24,135 nt of DNA. Source: Octopus sinensis (Eukaryota). Position 1 is the stretch's first letter, and each line of letters opens with the position of its first letter. The notes beneath the pieces were generated by a model. The model was not told where the DNA came from. It did no database searches and saw only the letters and a list, made by a program, of their open reading frames with translations. Shown one piece after another: positions 1-10,547 of the stretch. The stretch lies in NCBI RefSeq assembly GCF_006345805.1, contig NW_021836421.1:1-24135 (forward strand), written 5' to 3'. A program made the translations under genes and the position numbers.

Positions 1-40
1 TGTGTGCGTGTCGTGCGTATGTGTGTGTGTGTGTGTGTGT
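1..40. repeat. (GT)n microsatellite
   Basis: Direct repeat visible at window start. Confidence 0.9.
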
Positions 41-905
41 TTATTGCTCTCTTCTCGTTGTTCTGTTCTTACTCTTTTTGCTATCACTTTAACATATGGA
101 GAAAGTAATTTGCTTAAGTTGAGGCTTATGAATACAAAGATTCTAACATGTAAAAGCTTAGCAATTTCAAAACTTTGAAAATCGACCGTTGCCAAACCAA
201 ATTATTATATATATATATAAAGTATGTTATGAGACAGAGAGGCAGGCAGAAATGAAGAATTAGGGGAGTAAGTAATATAATATGAAAGGAGAAGGTGAAA
301 GAGAAAGCACAAAAATGTGAAAAATACAGAAGAATAAGAAAAAAAAAGATTGAAGAGAAATGTCACAGAATAATGAACAGGGAAAGGGGAAAGAAAAATA
401 AGAATATTTTCAAGCGTTAGATTATAACGTGTGTACACGTACTTTAGACGTATGGTGATTCAGTAATATTGGTTGTAAGCAAACAAGGAAAGTATGTTTG
501 TATTTGAGAAGGAAGGATACTGTAGGAGTAATATAATTATTAAAATAGTAGATATGAAGAATTCGAAACAAAATCATATGTGTAACCATGAAAGAATATT
601 TATATGAAAATATAGGAACTATAAAAATATAGATGAGAAAAAAAAGTAAGGGAAAATCTAAGAAAACTTGATTAAGGCAGAGGTAGAAAGTAATAACAGA
701 ACAGGAATGGAGGGGAGGAAAATCAACATGCGTAAATATACTGAGTAGAGAGTGATAAAGGGATTAGTATTCTTATATATTTATATATTTATAGGGGTTG
801 GGGATTGCAAAAGCAGAGAAGGAATAGAAAAATGGTAAGAAAGCCAGGACATACATAAATATTAACAGTACATGTGGATTAGTACTTATAGAACAGAAAG
901 TGTGT

Positions 906-955
906 ATGGCTTCTGAAGAAGTCTCCAATTACAGCCGAAACTCGGATCAGGTCAT
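906..955 (+). ncRNA. Degenerate minimal type I hammerhead ribozyme motif (Penelope-like architecture)
   Basis: ATGGCTT-CTGAAGA-A-GTCT-ccaattac-AGCC-GAAA-CTCGGA-TC-AGGTCAT. Stem I pairs over 7 bp (5 Watson-Crick, 2 GU) and both core boxes are intact. Stems II and III each carry a mismatch. Confidence 0.45.
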
Positions 956-1181
956 TCACTCTTTCTTCGCACGAAGAGAAATACGCAAAAAAGACACATG
1001 TTTACATGTGTCATTATTGTTTATATTTTTTACACGTTTACACAGTTTCGGGTAAATCTTGTATTGTTTATATACAAATGCATTATTCATCTCATAACTC
1101 ACGTGATTGATGCACAATTTAGTATACAATACACAACGATCAATAATGAAAACAAAGTTATGTTGTTTTCCTTATTTTGAG

Positions 1182-1339
1182 AAGATTCCATTGAAACATT
1201 GTTAAAATTTACAGATGCGTTTCCGTTAACAGAACTGAACCTGCAGGAACCTTACTCAAATCCTTCCAAAAAACTATCAAAATCTTTCAAAGAAAATGAA
1301 AAAATTGTATCTATGATGAAAAATATATTCAACATGACG
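1182..1339 (+). CDS. Candidate internal coding exon of an unidentified gene (DSIETLLKFTDAFPLTELNLQEPYSNPSKKLSKSFKENEKIVSMMKNIFNMT)
   Basis: Pyrimidine tract TGTTGTTTTCCTTATTTT, tandem acceptor GAG/AAG (1179-1184), alternative acceptor TTTACAG (1214), 52 open codons, donor ACG|GTAAAA at 1340. No homology recognised. Confidence 0.4.
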
Positions 1340-1657
1340 GTAAAATAAAATTTTGTAGCAAATATTTATTTTGATTACGACATTTCGAAATCAGATTATA
1401 CTTTGATTTGAACAAACTGGATGTCAATTTGAAGTGATTCTCGTGGTGCACAAGTTTCCTGATCTTCAACCATATTCCTTCGCATAATGTTTCATTTCTC
1501 GAAATGTCGAAAAATGATAAGTTTTAAGGCTAACTTCTCATAAGAGTATGTGTTATTATACCTAAATATTAGTCATCTGAAAATTTCGCTTTTATACATT
1601 AGACTAGCTCTTTACTGAGACATTCTCCACGATGTAGAAATGAGTTATATAACATTG

Positions 1658-1675
1658 TAGATAGACAGACAGGTT

Positions 1676-1749
<74 letters not shown>

Positions 1750-1779
1750 TAGACAGACAGACAGGCAGATAGATAGATG

Positions 1780-1851
<72 letters not shown>
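1658..1851. repeat. (GATA)n/(GACA)n microsatellite
   Basis: Direct observation; 3' flank of the Tx1-like LINE. Confidence 0.95.
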
Positions 1852-1852
<1 letters not shown>

Positions 1853-2895
1853 GTTTCTTTATTGGCCACACAGGGCTGCACACAGATGGGACAAGTTACA
1901 AGGTAGAGCTTTTCTTTTGGGGGATGAAAAAGGGGGTGGCGTAGTTTTTCGATCAAGAGGGATCGTAAAAGGGAAGAAAAGAACAAAAAAAAATAAAAAA
2001 ATAAAAATAGAATAAAAATAAAAAGAATAAAAAAAAAAGAAAGGGAAGGAACAAAAGAAAGAGAAATGAAAAAAGAAGAAAAAGGGGAAAAAAGGGGAAG
2101 AGGAAAAAAAAGGAACGATCAATAGGATCGGGTACACAGTGTTATGATATTGGTGTAAAGGGAAGCAAATAGGATCCTTGGAAGCAAAGCCTACGTGACG
2201 ACAGATATATGGTTGAAAAGGGGAAAGCTGAGGTTACCCTGGGAAGAAAGCAAGCTCCTACGACCAAAAAAACGGAACTACCTTGGTCAATATTGTTATA
2301 TGTTACCAACATTTGTTTGCAAGTGGGTAACCCTCTGTTTTCAATTTCTGGGTTCATAGATTATGCTCAAGGTGGCTTCGTCATTCATACGTGCCATCCT
2401 TGCTACATTCACCATCTTTTTTTTAAAACATTCGCTAGACAAAACTTGCTTCTCTACTCTCACTTTCCTTTTCAAGTGTTACTTGAAGAAGTTGATGAAA
2501 GATTGACCAGAGAGGAAAGTGTTTGTCTCCAATCCTTTCAGACGCGTCCACCAGATACATTCTTTCGCCATAGCCACAAGGATGATGAAATAGCTCTCCT
2601 TCCCGTTTGAAGGAAGGAGCCGTGAACAATATTGACGATAGACTCAGCTGATAAACGACTCGTCCCACACGTGACAGCAGTTGTTCGACACAAGCCCACA
2701 GGTCGGAAATTGTTGGACACTGCACGAGTGCATGCAGAACGGTTTCGTTCGCGCTCTGACCGCATCTCGGCCAGGTCGGCCCCGGGTTTCTCGAGCCGTG
2801 TCTGTAGAGCTTATCCCGAACGGGTAGCGCTTCTCGGTACACTGCCAGGCCAGGGATCTCTGGAAGTTGTCCATGGGCCCTGGCCCGAAAGTCGG
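1852..2895 (-). mobile_element. 5'-truncated Tx1/L1-clade LINE, ORF2 C-terminus (zf-RVT-like) plus 3' UTR
   Basis: Minus-strand translation, joining two frames across a frameshift near the W-Q-C/Y-R junction: FQRSLAWQC-YREALPVRDKLYRHG...PTWPRCGQ...ETVLHALVQCP, then AKECIWWTR after a second frameshift. This is typical of the L1/Tx1 C-terminal zinc-finger region. AATAAA lies at 1858-1863 just before the (TATC)n run. Confidence 0.85.
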
Positions 2896-2982
<87 letters not shown>

Positions 2983-2985
2983 TTT

Positions 2986-3016
<31 letters not shown>
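2896..3016. repeat. (GATA)n microsatellite
   Basis: Direct observation; 5' flank of the Tx1-like LINE, same orientation as 1658-1851. Confidence 0.95.
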
Positions 3017-3369
3017 TCAAACACACAATGTACCTTCACATATGTGATATCTTTTGTTTCGAGGTAAATATGATAATATAATCTGTTCATAAGTAAATCT
3101 AAGGGTATGTGTGTGTGTGTGTGCTCGTGTTTGTGAATGTGCACGCGCATGTTCAACACAATCACACTGACACATACACACGCGCATGCACATAAATTTA
3201 AGAGGTGCTCCAGCAAGGCCGGAACTTCATTCGAGCTGTAACTAGAAAAAGAATAAAAATAATTCAATGTAGATATATGTGTGCATTTATGTTCTTCGTG
3301 TAGCCCTCATTAGTGTAGTCGTCTCTCATTCTTGTAACATCACCTATACCCACACTTTCTATCACCTCC

Positions 3370-3371
<2 letters not shown>

Positions 3372-3408
<37 letters not shown>
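3372..3408. repeat. (CT)n microsatellite
   Basis: Direct observation. Confidence 0.9.
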
Positions 3409-3411
<3 letters not shown>

Positions 3412-3509
3412 GTTTCTCTTCCCCTCGCTTGGTGTTCTGACAATTTCATTTTATGTTCTGCTGTGAAGACAGTAATTCGGTATACCAACATGCATTCCAG
3501 ATTCCATCT

Positions 3510-3635
3510 TTCCTGTCTGTTTATTTTGGATGGAGTCCTACACAGCAGCAAAACTAGGCTATTCGTTTCTTTACCTCTGTCAATACTTGCATACGTATTT
3601 CTCTTATCAGCTATGGCGGAGATGTCGTCTGCCAA
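3510..3635 (-). mobile_element. Possible highly decayed non-LTR reverse transcriptase fragment
   Basis: LADDISAIAD followed, after a frameshift, by MQVLTEVKKRIA*FCCCVGLHPK*T. This resembles the (Y/F)ADD...GL.IN..KT region. Weak. Confidence 0.3.
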
Positions 3636-4744
3636 CCGTTATAGACCGTTGTAGCAGCTTAGTTTTTAATTATTTCTATTCTGTTTGTATCCATTTTCTT
3701 TGAGTTTCTTTTGTTTTCTACTTTATTTTTCTTTCTAAGCATTATTACTTACATTTTGGGAATATTTAATAGAATGTGAAATTTTTTCTGTTACAAACCT
3801 TTGTCTGTAACTGCATGTGTTTCTGTATACGTACACTCACATACACACAGAAATACACACAAACACACACACATACACACCTATATAAAAGACAAATGTC
3901 TGTCTCTCAGTCCTTCCAGTGATTTTTGTAATGAAATATGTTTTGATACTATGGCAATTGTAAAGTTGTGTATACCGTTTTTCAACGCCAAGAAATTATT
4001 TTAACTGAAGTTGTATCCCATCGCTAGTTTTTGTTGCTTTGTTCTTTTATTTTTTAGCTTTTTTCTCTCATTTATGTTGGTCATGATATTTTAATTTCTT
4101 AAGATATCAATTCGGTTTACATAGAAAAATTTTGACACGCGTGTATATTTCTTCGACACATACACTTTATTGTAATTCCTAATTAGTTTCCCATATTTGT
4201 TCTCCGACATATTTGTTCAAATGTTCTATGTTAATGTAGCATATATTTTTTGCTTTAATACATACATACGCACATACATTCATTCGTACATACATTCCCA
4301 TAATGTATATTTAGCTACATACATCCTAGTATATATATACATATATGTTAATGTGTATATATGTTCCAAGTTGTATGTTCCAGCTTTACACCTAAAGACT
4401 ACGACACTGAAAACGAGAAACAGCTTTTCTTTCAGGAAGAATGTCATATACTATGTGAATTTTTTCTGAACTTTCTTCTTGCTAGCTCCGTAGTTTATAA
4501 TCGCCACAAAAGCCATGGATTTTGGGAAAATTTACAAATAGGAACCATATGGGAAGTTCTCAGATCCATCATCATCACTTCAAGAAATTCATAGCATAAT
4601 TCACATATCTTGGATGAAGTTGTGATGCCATGGTGCCGTGTGTTGCTGCCTTCTTAGAATGGGCAAAGTCAATCATATGATATATCATATGATGCGATAT
4701 GATGTGTGTGGTGTCCTTTGTTTATTTTCGTAAACCTTCCCGTT

Positions 4745-4751
4745 ATATATA

Positions 4752-4826
<75 letters not shown>

Positions 4827-4926
4827 CACATATATGTATTATACATATGCACATATATGTATGCCTCTATCTCGCTCTCTCTTTTTACAAACACACACAC
4901 ACACACACATATATATTATATATATA

Positions 4927-4968
<42 letters not shown>

Positions 4969-4980
4969 TATATATATACA
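4745..4980. repeat. Compound (TA)n/(CA)n microsatellite
   Basis: Direct observation. Confidence 0.9.
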
Positions 4981-5700
4981 CAACAATGGAACAAGAACGC
5001 AAAACATCCAGACAGTTAGGTGATACAAAAAAGGGACAACAAAATATCCAGACAGACGATACAAGGAAAACAACGACGAGTCATTTGGAATTTTCTTTCC
5101 TCAGTCGTGTTCCAGATTATCTTTGCAATTTCGGTTTGTTATATTCGAGATTGCTCTAATATGGCCATCCCCAAGGAAAAACTAAGCTAAGAGCATTGGA
5201 TTCCTTGGAAGAAAGCAGAGAATGTATATGAAAACAAGGACGGAAAAAGCGGAGAAATGTTACACAAATTCAAATGCAAATAACAAGACATAACAACGGG
5301 TATCTTTCGACTAAAGGACGAATTAAATTAAGCTGGTGTGTGTGGAAGTAAAGCCTTACAGCAGGGAAATAAGATTTGACAGGCACAAGGAGGAATATAG
5401 ATATTGCACGGACGGTAGTCGAACCAAGAAAGAAAGGTCAGGCTTGGCCGAACACCGGTCACGTGGGGAGAGAAGGGAGAGAGGTAGAGACAGAGGGATA
5501 GAAGAATTAAGGAGGGGCGAGAAAAAATGAAAGGGACAGACCGAAGTGAAAGAGGGGGGAAAGTAAGCATGAAGAGAAGGCCAGAAAATGTGGGAGAGGG
5601 GGAACGAAAGAACGAAGAGTGGAATGAACGAAGTAAGTGTGAAAGGACTGATAGAAAGAAGGAGAGAATGAAAGAATAGAAAGAATAATAGAGTCGTATA
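4981..5700. repeat. Unclassified purine-skewed repeat-like segment with an internal 40-bp period duplication
   Basis: CAAAACATCCAGACAG (5000-5015) recurs as CAAAATATCCAGACAG (5040-5055). Strong A/G skew and no recognisable ORF. It resembles an octopus interspersed repeat from memory only. Confidence 0.3.
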
Positions 5701-5707
5701 TACATAT

Positions 5708-5890
5708 CTTTTACTCTTTTACTTGTTTCAGTCATTTAACTGCGGCCATGCTGGAGCGCTGCCTTTGATCGAGCAAATCTATTCTTGGACACAATCTTTG
5801 TAAGCCTAGTACTTAATCTATCGTTCTCTTATGCCGAACCGCTAAGTTTTGAGGTCATAAACACAGACACACAAACATATACACACACAC

Positions 5891-5932
<42 letters not shown>

Positions 5933-5947
5933 ATACAGACACACACG

Positions 5948-5990
<43 letters not shown>

Positions 5991-6028
5991 TCTATGGGCT
6001 TTTTCAGTTTCTGTCTCCGAAATCCACT
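5708..6028 (-). mobile_element. SINE family A (internal microsatellite), lacking tRNA head
   Basis: Reverse-complement similarity to the full copy at 20540-20960 (tail GGCAGCGCTCCAGCATGGCCGCAG, CTTAGCGGTTCGGC, internal TA/CA tract, GGAGACAGAAACTGAAAAAG). Confidence 0.75.
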
Positions 6029-6262
6029 ATGTGCTAGGAAAAAATCTACAAAGCCCTGAAACTCCGTACAATGTTCACAAACCATTGCATATAACATTGC
6101 CTTTGAAACCTGTGTTTTCATTAATTTCATTTATTGGTAATCAATGAATATTTGTTAAGTTTTCAGAGGATGAAAAACTTAATCAGTAACCGCTTTTCTC
6201 TAAATTTCGGCATAAAAATACTTGTATGAAAAAAATAAGTCACTGCCGGGCGACTCTGTGCC

Positions 6263-6500
6263 TGTGTGTGTGTGGTGTGTGTGTGTGTGTGTTGTGTGTG
6301 TGTGTGTGCGCGTGTGTGTGTGTGTGTGTGTGTGCGTGCGTGTGTGTGTGTGTGTGTGGTGTGTGTGTGTTGGTGTGTGTGCGTGCGTGTGCGTTGAGCA
6401 TATGTATGTGTGTGAGCTTGCGCGTTTGTACAAATGTGTATGTGTGTGTATGAATGAATGTATGGAGGGTGTGTGTGTGTATGTGTACATATACATGTAT
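6263..6500. repeat. Imperfect (GT)n microsatellite
   Basis: Direct observation. Confidence 0.9.
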
Positions 6501-7054
6501 CCAAATTACTTGTATTTCACACTTTTATTTAATCACCCTCCTGGCTATAGCCACACTAATGCTCTCAACATTATATTAATATGTACTAATGAATTAAAGA
6601 TTTTTTTCCCCTCTATGCTCTAATTAACAAGATATTTCTACAGAATTATGGCTCCACAGCTAATAAAGAAGTTCAATCTTCGCTTCCAAATGCTAATGTG
6701 TAAATAGTAAAATATTAATTGAATAAACAGGGAATTAAATAAATAAACAGCTATAACACCTAAAGGTAAATTATTAAGAACTACAAAAACATCCTTTAAA
6801 AAATCCTAAAATAAAAACCAAACTCGAAAAAAAGTAGTGGGTTCTTGTGTCAGCAAACGTCATCTCGTGATGTTAGGAAATATGGGTATGTTTCAATACA
6901 GTGGCGTAAAGTTAATACTCAAGGTCTGAACGGAACCCTTCTCGGAGAGAGAGAGAAACTTAAACGAAATAGCATTTACTTGGTAACAGTTTACTTAGTT
7001 CATATTTCAATTCTGGAGTAGGGTTATGCCTGAAGCTCGAGTGTGGCTAACGAT

Positions 7055-7383
7055 CTAAAAAAAGACTCCGCCGGTTACGACGACGAGGGTCCCAGCTGAT
7101 ACGATCAACGGAACAGCTTGCTCGTGAAATTAACGTGCAAATGGCTGAGCATTCCACAGACACGTGTACCCTTAACGTAGTTCTCGGGGATAATCAGCGT
7201 GACACAGAGAGTGACAAGGCTGACCCTTTGAAATACAAGTACAACTCATTTTTGCCAGCTGAGTGAACTGGAGCAACGTGAATAAAGTGTCTTGCTCAAG
7301 GACACAACGCGTCGCCGGGAATCGAACTCACAACCTTACGATCATGAGCCGAATGCCCTAACCACTAAGCCACGCGCCCTCAC
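7055..7383 (-). mobile_element. Full-length tRNA-derived SINE with CORE-like central domain
   Basis: A-box TGGCTTAGTGG, B-box GTTCGATTCC, CORE-like GTGTCCTTGAGCAAGACACTT...CAGCTGGCAAAAATGAG. An 11-bp TSD TGGCTAACGAT lies at 7044-7054 and 7384-7394. Confidence 0.9.
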
Positions 7384-7790
7384 TGGCTAACGATAAACTT
7401 CTCAAGATTTGCAATCTTCAAAAAAGAAAAATAATTACCAACAATAGAAATATTGTTATTCATTACAGTAATTTATTTCCATACGTTATTTAGATAGGGA
7501 TCAGTAATGATCGATGACTAAAGACATTCCAGCTATGGTTACATTACTTTATGTAGGCATCCTTTCTTACTTCCAGAAGTTGTCAATCCTGAAACAAGAG
7601 ACGTGTTCATAAAAACTATAACCACACCGACATTCCTTCCTTCAATAAACACATAGAACTACATTATCCAATGTATCTTTCATCTTGTTTTTGTTGTTGT
7701 TGTTTGGCACATCTATGGCCAAAGAAGTTTCAGCACGTTTATTCCTATCTTGCCTTTTATTGAGATATTCTCTATATTATCGGACTATTA

Positions 7791-8022
7791 AGGCGGCGAG
7801 CTGGCAGACACGTTAGCGCGCCAGGCGAAATGCTTAGCGGTATTTCGTCTGTCGTTACGTTCTGAGTTCAAATTCCGCCGAGGTCGACTTTGCCTTTCAT
7901 CCTTTCGGAGTCGATAAATAAAGTACCAGTTTCGCACTGGGGTCGATGTAATCGACTTAATCCCTTTCTCTGTCCTTGTTTGTCCCCTCTATGTTTAGCC
8001 CCTTGTGGGCAATAAAGAAGTA
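7791..8022 (+). mobile_element. Full-length SINE with Nin/Deu-like domain
   Basis: Head GGCGGCGAGCTGGCAGA...GAGTTCAAATTCC; domain GCCTTTCATCCTTTCGGAGTCGATAAATAAAGTACCAG. An 18-19-bp TSD TATATTATCGGACTATTA(A) lies at 7773-7791 and 8023-8041. Confidence 0.9.
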
Positions 8023-8514
8023 TATATTATCGGACTATTAATCCGTGTCTTCAATCTTAAGACGAAACGATTCGTGTGCTATTTCTAGAAGAGGAATTGG
8101 CTACGTAGAAACTCAGTTCCTCGTCGGCTTGTGTTTAATAACAGCTGCATCATGCTATGTAACCACAATCGAACAGATGCTCTTTTGTTGACTAATATTT
8201 TTGTTAAACGTGAAGGAATGCCAAAGAAGTTACAACATCATATTTTCAATCCTCTTATTTCCATTGACCAGATTGTTGTTAAACGAGGTTCCTTTAAAAC
8301 AGGCTACAAGAAACTGTAAATTAAAGTATAAATTAAAAAACTAGTTAGGGTCAGGTTCGGTAAAAAGCAGCTGAAATACATTAATCACAGTGCAAAAAAG
8401 TTTGTGTACCAAGAGAAGGTAATCAAAAAATTCCTCGAAAAAACATTAGCCTTGTAACTACCACTTTCGCGTATTTTTTATTTATCATTGTATTGATAGA
8501 ATATCAGATAATTT

Positions 8515-8670
8515 ACCTGACGGCATTTAGTTGAGTCTGTTTTAGCTCTGAGTTTCAATCTGAAGATCACTTTTGCTTTACATCCTTTCAAGATCAATAA
8601 TTAAAAAACATCCTTTCAAGATCAATAATTAAAAATTCAGGTTGAGGAGTCGGTATTATCGACTGTTCCT
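8515..8670 (+). mobile_element. Decayed Nin/Deu-like SINE with a 28-bp internal tandem duplication
   Basis: CTCTGAGTTTCAAT...TTTGCTTTACATCCTTTCAAGATCAATAA parallels the 7791 copy; CATCCTTTCAAGATCAATAATTAAAAA occurs at 8581 and 8609. Confidence 0.5.
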
Positions 8671-8839
8671 TCTTTCAAACTATCTATGGCTTTATACCTA
8701 AGTTAGTAGTCAATGTATATATCTATGCTGTTTTGACTCTTTAAGTTTTTGAGCGCCACCACGCATCTTATTCTTGGATATGTACATATCTCCACACTTG
8801 GGTCGAAATAAAAACTTAGCCAGTGGTTAATATACATAT

Positions 8840-9030
8840 GTCTAATATATATGCATCACTCTAAAACCCCAGCAACCGTCCCAACAGATAATACACTTTC
8901 ATGACAAAACCTTCATACTCTTCCAAATCACGTAATTGGAGAAGACTTCGATGCACACCACACATCCAGACACAAAAACAATATAGCTAACACATCAGGT
9001 GACGCAATATCATTATAGTAAGTAGTTAAC
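8840..9030 (+). mobile_element. Decayed LINE apurinic-type endonuclease fragment
   Basis: HMSNIYAS and NHVIGEDFDAHHTS resemble the NIY..P and IGGDFNAHH motifs of APE domains; stops are present. Confidence 0.5.
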
Positions 9031-9242
9031 TATAAACTCCACCGTGGGCATAATTTTTTGTTCAACATGACAAACGGTTCTTAGCTCTCGTTTGTCAACT
9101 TACGGGTTTTTATCAAATTTATAATATTTATCATCATGTTAGTATACTGAAGCATCAATAAACAATAAAAAATGTTACTATTACAAACTTTAAAATATAG
9201 AAAAAAAGGAAGTAAAGAAAAACAATGGAACAAATGTCATTG

Positions 9243-9519
9243 CTCCAGAGCGTCGGCTGCGGGGGTCATTCCGAAAAGCTCTATCTGCGACGATTTCATC
9301 TCAATCGAAGGAGAGGGGCTTTCTCCGTCCGGGTTGCGGATCCGTGGAATAAGCTGCCGGACGAGATGGTGAAGATGCCGACGACCGCACGGTTCAAAGT
9401 CTCCCTTGACCACAAGTGGCCTGAACTCTTTACATGAACACCACCCTGTACATAACTCCATGTCCCCCTACATGGCCTTGCTTTTTGCTTTTTGAGCCAA
9501 AAAATTAACTAACTAACTA
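9243..9519 (+). mobile_element. CR1-clade LINE 3' end, apparently young
   Basis: GHSEKLYLRRFHLNRRRGAFSVRVADPWNKLPDEMVKMPTTARFKVSLDHKW is a canonical CR1 ORF2 terminus. It has a short 3' UTR, a (TAAC)n tail and many CpGs. Confidence 0.9.
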
Positions 9520-10136
9520 GAAAACAGAAACACTGTTCATTCAACAAACACCGTACTACCCCATTGTAGATACTGTGATACATTCAAAAGAATAACTGTA
9601 GAAAAGCTACAAAGCACAGAAAACATGCCACAAGACAACCTAAAAATACAACCTCATTTTCACAACAGAAACAGTCAGCCTATTACAAACTAAAGACACC
9701 CTCAAGCAGAATACATCAATACTGCATAACAACAAAAAGAAAAGAATAAGCATCAAATAACTAATAAAAACATAAATAAACCATAAAAATAGCAACTTTT
9801 TGTATAAAATATAAACAACAAATATCTGTGTGAAGCATAAAACAACAAGCAGTAAAATGAGGAACAGGGTAATTAGCAGCATCAATAATAAAAGCATTAG
9901 CCATGGAAAACACGAAGGAGCCCATAGGTGGTCACTCTACCTATTAGACATGAGTGGTTTTAAATGTTTATTAAGAGAAGTAATGTATATCTCCACAGCA
10001 ATATGACTGTTCGACGTTGCTACCGTTTTTTAACCCCACGAAGAGCGTCCTCCAGCTGGTAATCGATGCAATCTGCACCCGATAGTTATTGCAAGCAGGG
10101 GAGCGAACCCCTACCATCTTCTAGCAGAAGACGGAG

Positions 10137-10185
10137 TCACCAGACGGAACGGTTTCGGACTATTTGTGCCTATCGTCAGTGGTGA
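10137..10185 (-). ncRNA. Type I hammerhead ribozyme, copy A
   Basis: UCACCA-CUGACGA-U-AGGC-ACAAAUA-GUCC-GAAA-C-CGUUCC-GUC-UGGUGA. Perfect 6-bp stem I, intact core, GUC cleavage triplet; the stem II closing pair is mutated. Confidence 0.8.
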
Positions 10186-10310
10186 ATACCTGGTCGCTAA
10201 AGATATCAGGAATTCACTCCAGCTCGCAATATATAGAAAACCAAGCGACAATCTTACAACAAGCAAAGTAGCTAATTAGAAAATATCTACAAGAGATGAA
10301 AGTAGTAACT

Positions 10311-10338
10311 AAATAGGTCCAAACCCTTCGGTTTGGTA
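10311..10338 (+). ncRNA. Truncated 3' half of the hammerhead, copy C
   Basis: AAATAGGTCC-AAAC-CCTTCG-GTT-TGGTAA aligns to copies A and B from loop II onward; it retains the ACC/GGT stem III. Confidence 0.6.
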
Positions 10339-10498
10339 ATTCCGTCGTCTGTCAGAAGATGGTAGGGATTTGCTCCCCTGCTTGTAATATATACCGGGTG
10401 TAGATAACCAGCTGGGAGAGGATCTTCCTGGGGTTAAAAGCAGTTTTCTATATACAGCGAGCTGGGGCGAATTCCTGTTATCTCTAGCAGCTTGTTGC

Positions 10499-10547
10499 TC
10501 ATCACTGACGATGGGCACAAATAGCCCGAAACTGTCCGGTCTAGTGA
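10499..10547 (+). ncRNA. Type I hammerhead ribozyme, copy B
   Basis: UCAUCA-CUGACGA-U-GGGC-ACAAAUA-GCCC-GAAA-C-UGUCCG-GUC-UAGUGA. Perfect stem II and intact core; stem I has one mismatch and one GU pair. Confidence 0.8.

Noticed and set aside
2875-2895. GGGC-CCTG-GCCC-GAAA hairpin
   Set aside because: No CUGANGA box upstream; it lies antisense to LINE coding sequence.
1658-3016. Repeat arrays considered as CRISPR-like
   Set aside because: Simple tetranucleotide repeats with no unique spacers, in a eukaryotic context.
4590-4650. HILDEVVMPW, resembling maT/DD37D transposase
   Set aside because: Only about 10 residues match and the flanks do not extend the alignment.
4575-4676. Minus-strand MIDFAH, resembling the inositol phosphate kinase motif
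   Set aside because: No acceptor or upstream frame, and the downstream residues do not match the D.GY..GL.NL pattern; likely chance.
4672-4693. Perfect 22-bp palindrome ATCATATGATATATCATATGAT
   Set aside because: Low-complexity AT sequence next to (TA)n; explained by slippage.
5060-5175. CTGAGGA and CCGAAA motifs on the minus strand as possible hammerheads
   Set aside because: Neither has both core boxes with consistent stems in this copy.
6644-6699. Possible plus-strand exon after TTTCTACAG
   Set aside because: Competing upstream AG, weak donor and no recognisable peptide.
7320-7383. tRNA-like sequences here and at 10731, 19560, 20545 and 21480
   Set aside because: These are SINE heads with bodies, tails and in several cases TSDs, not tRNA genes.
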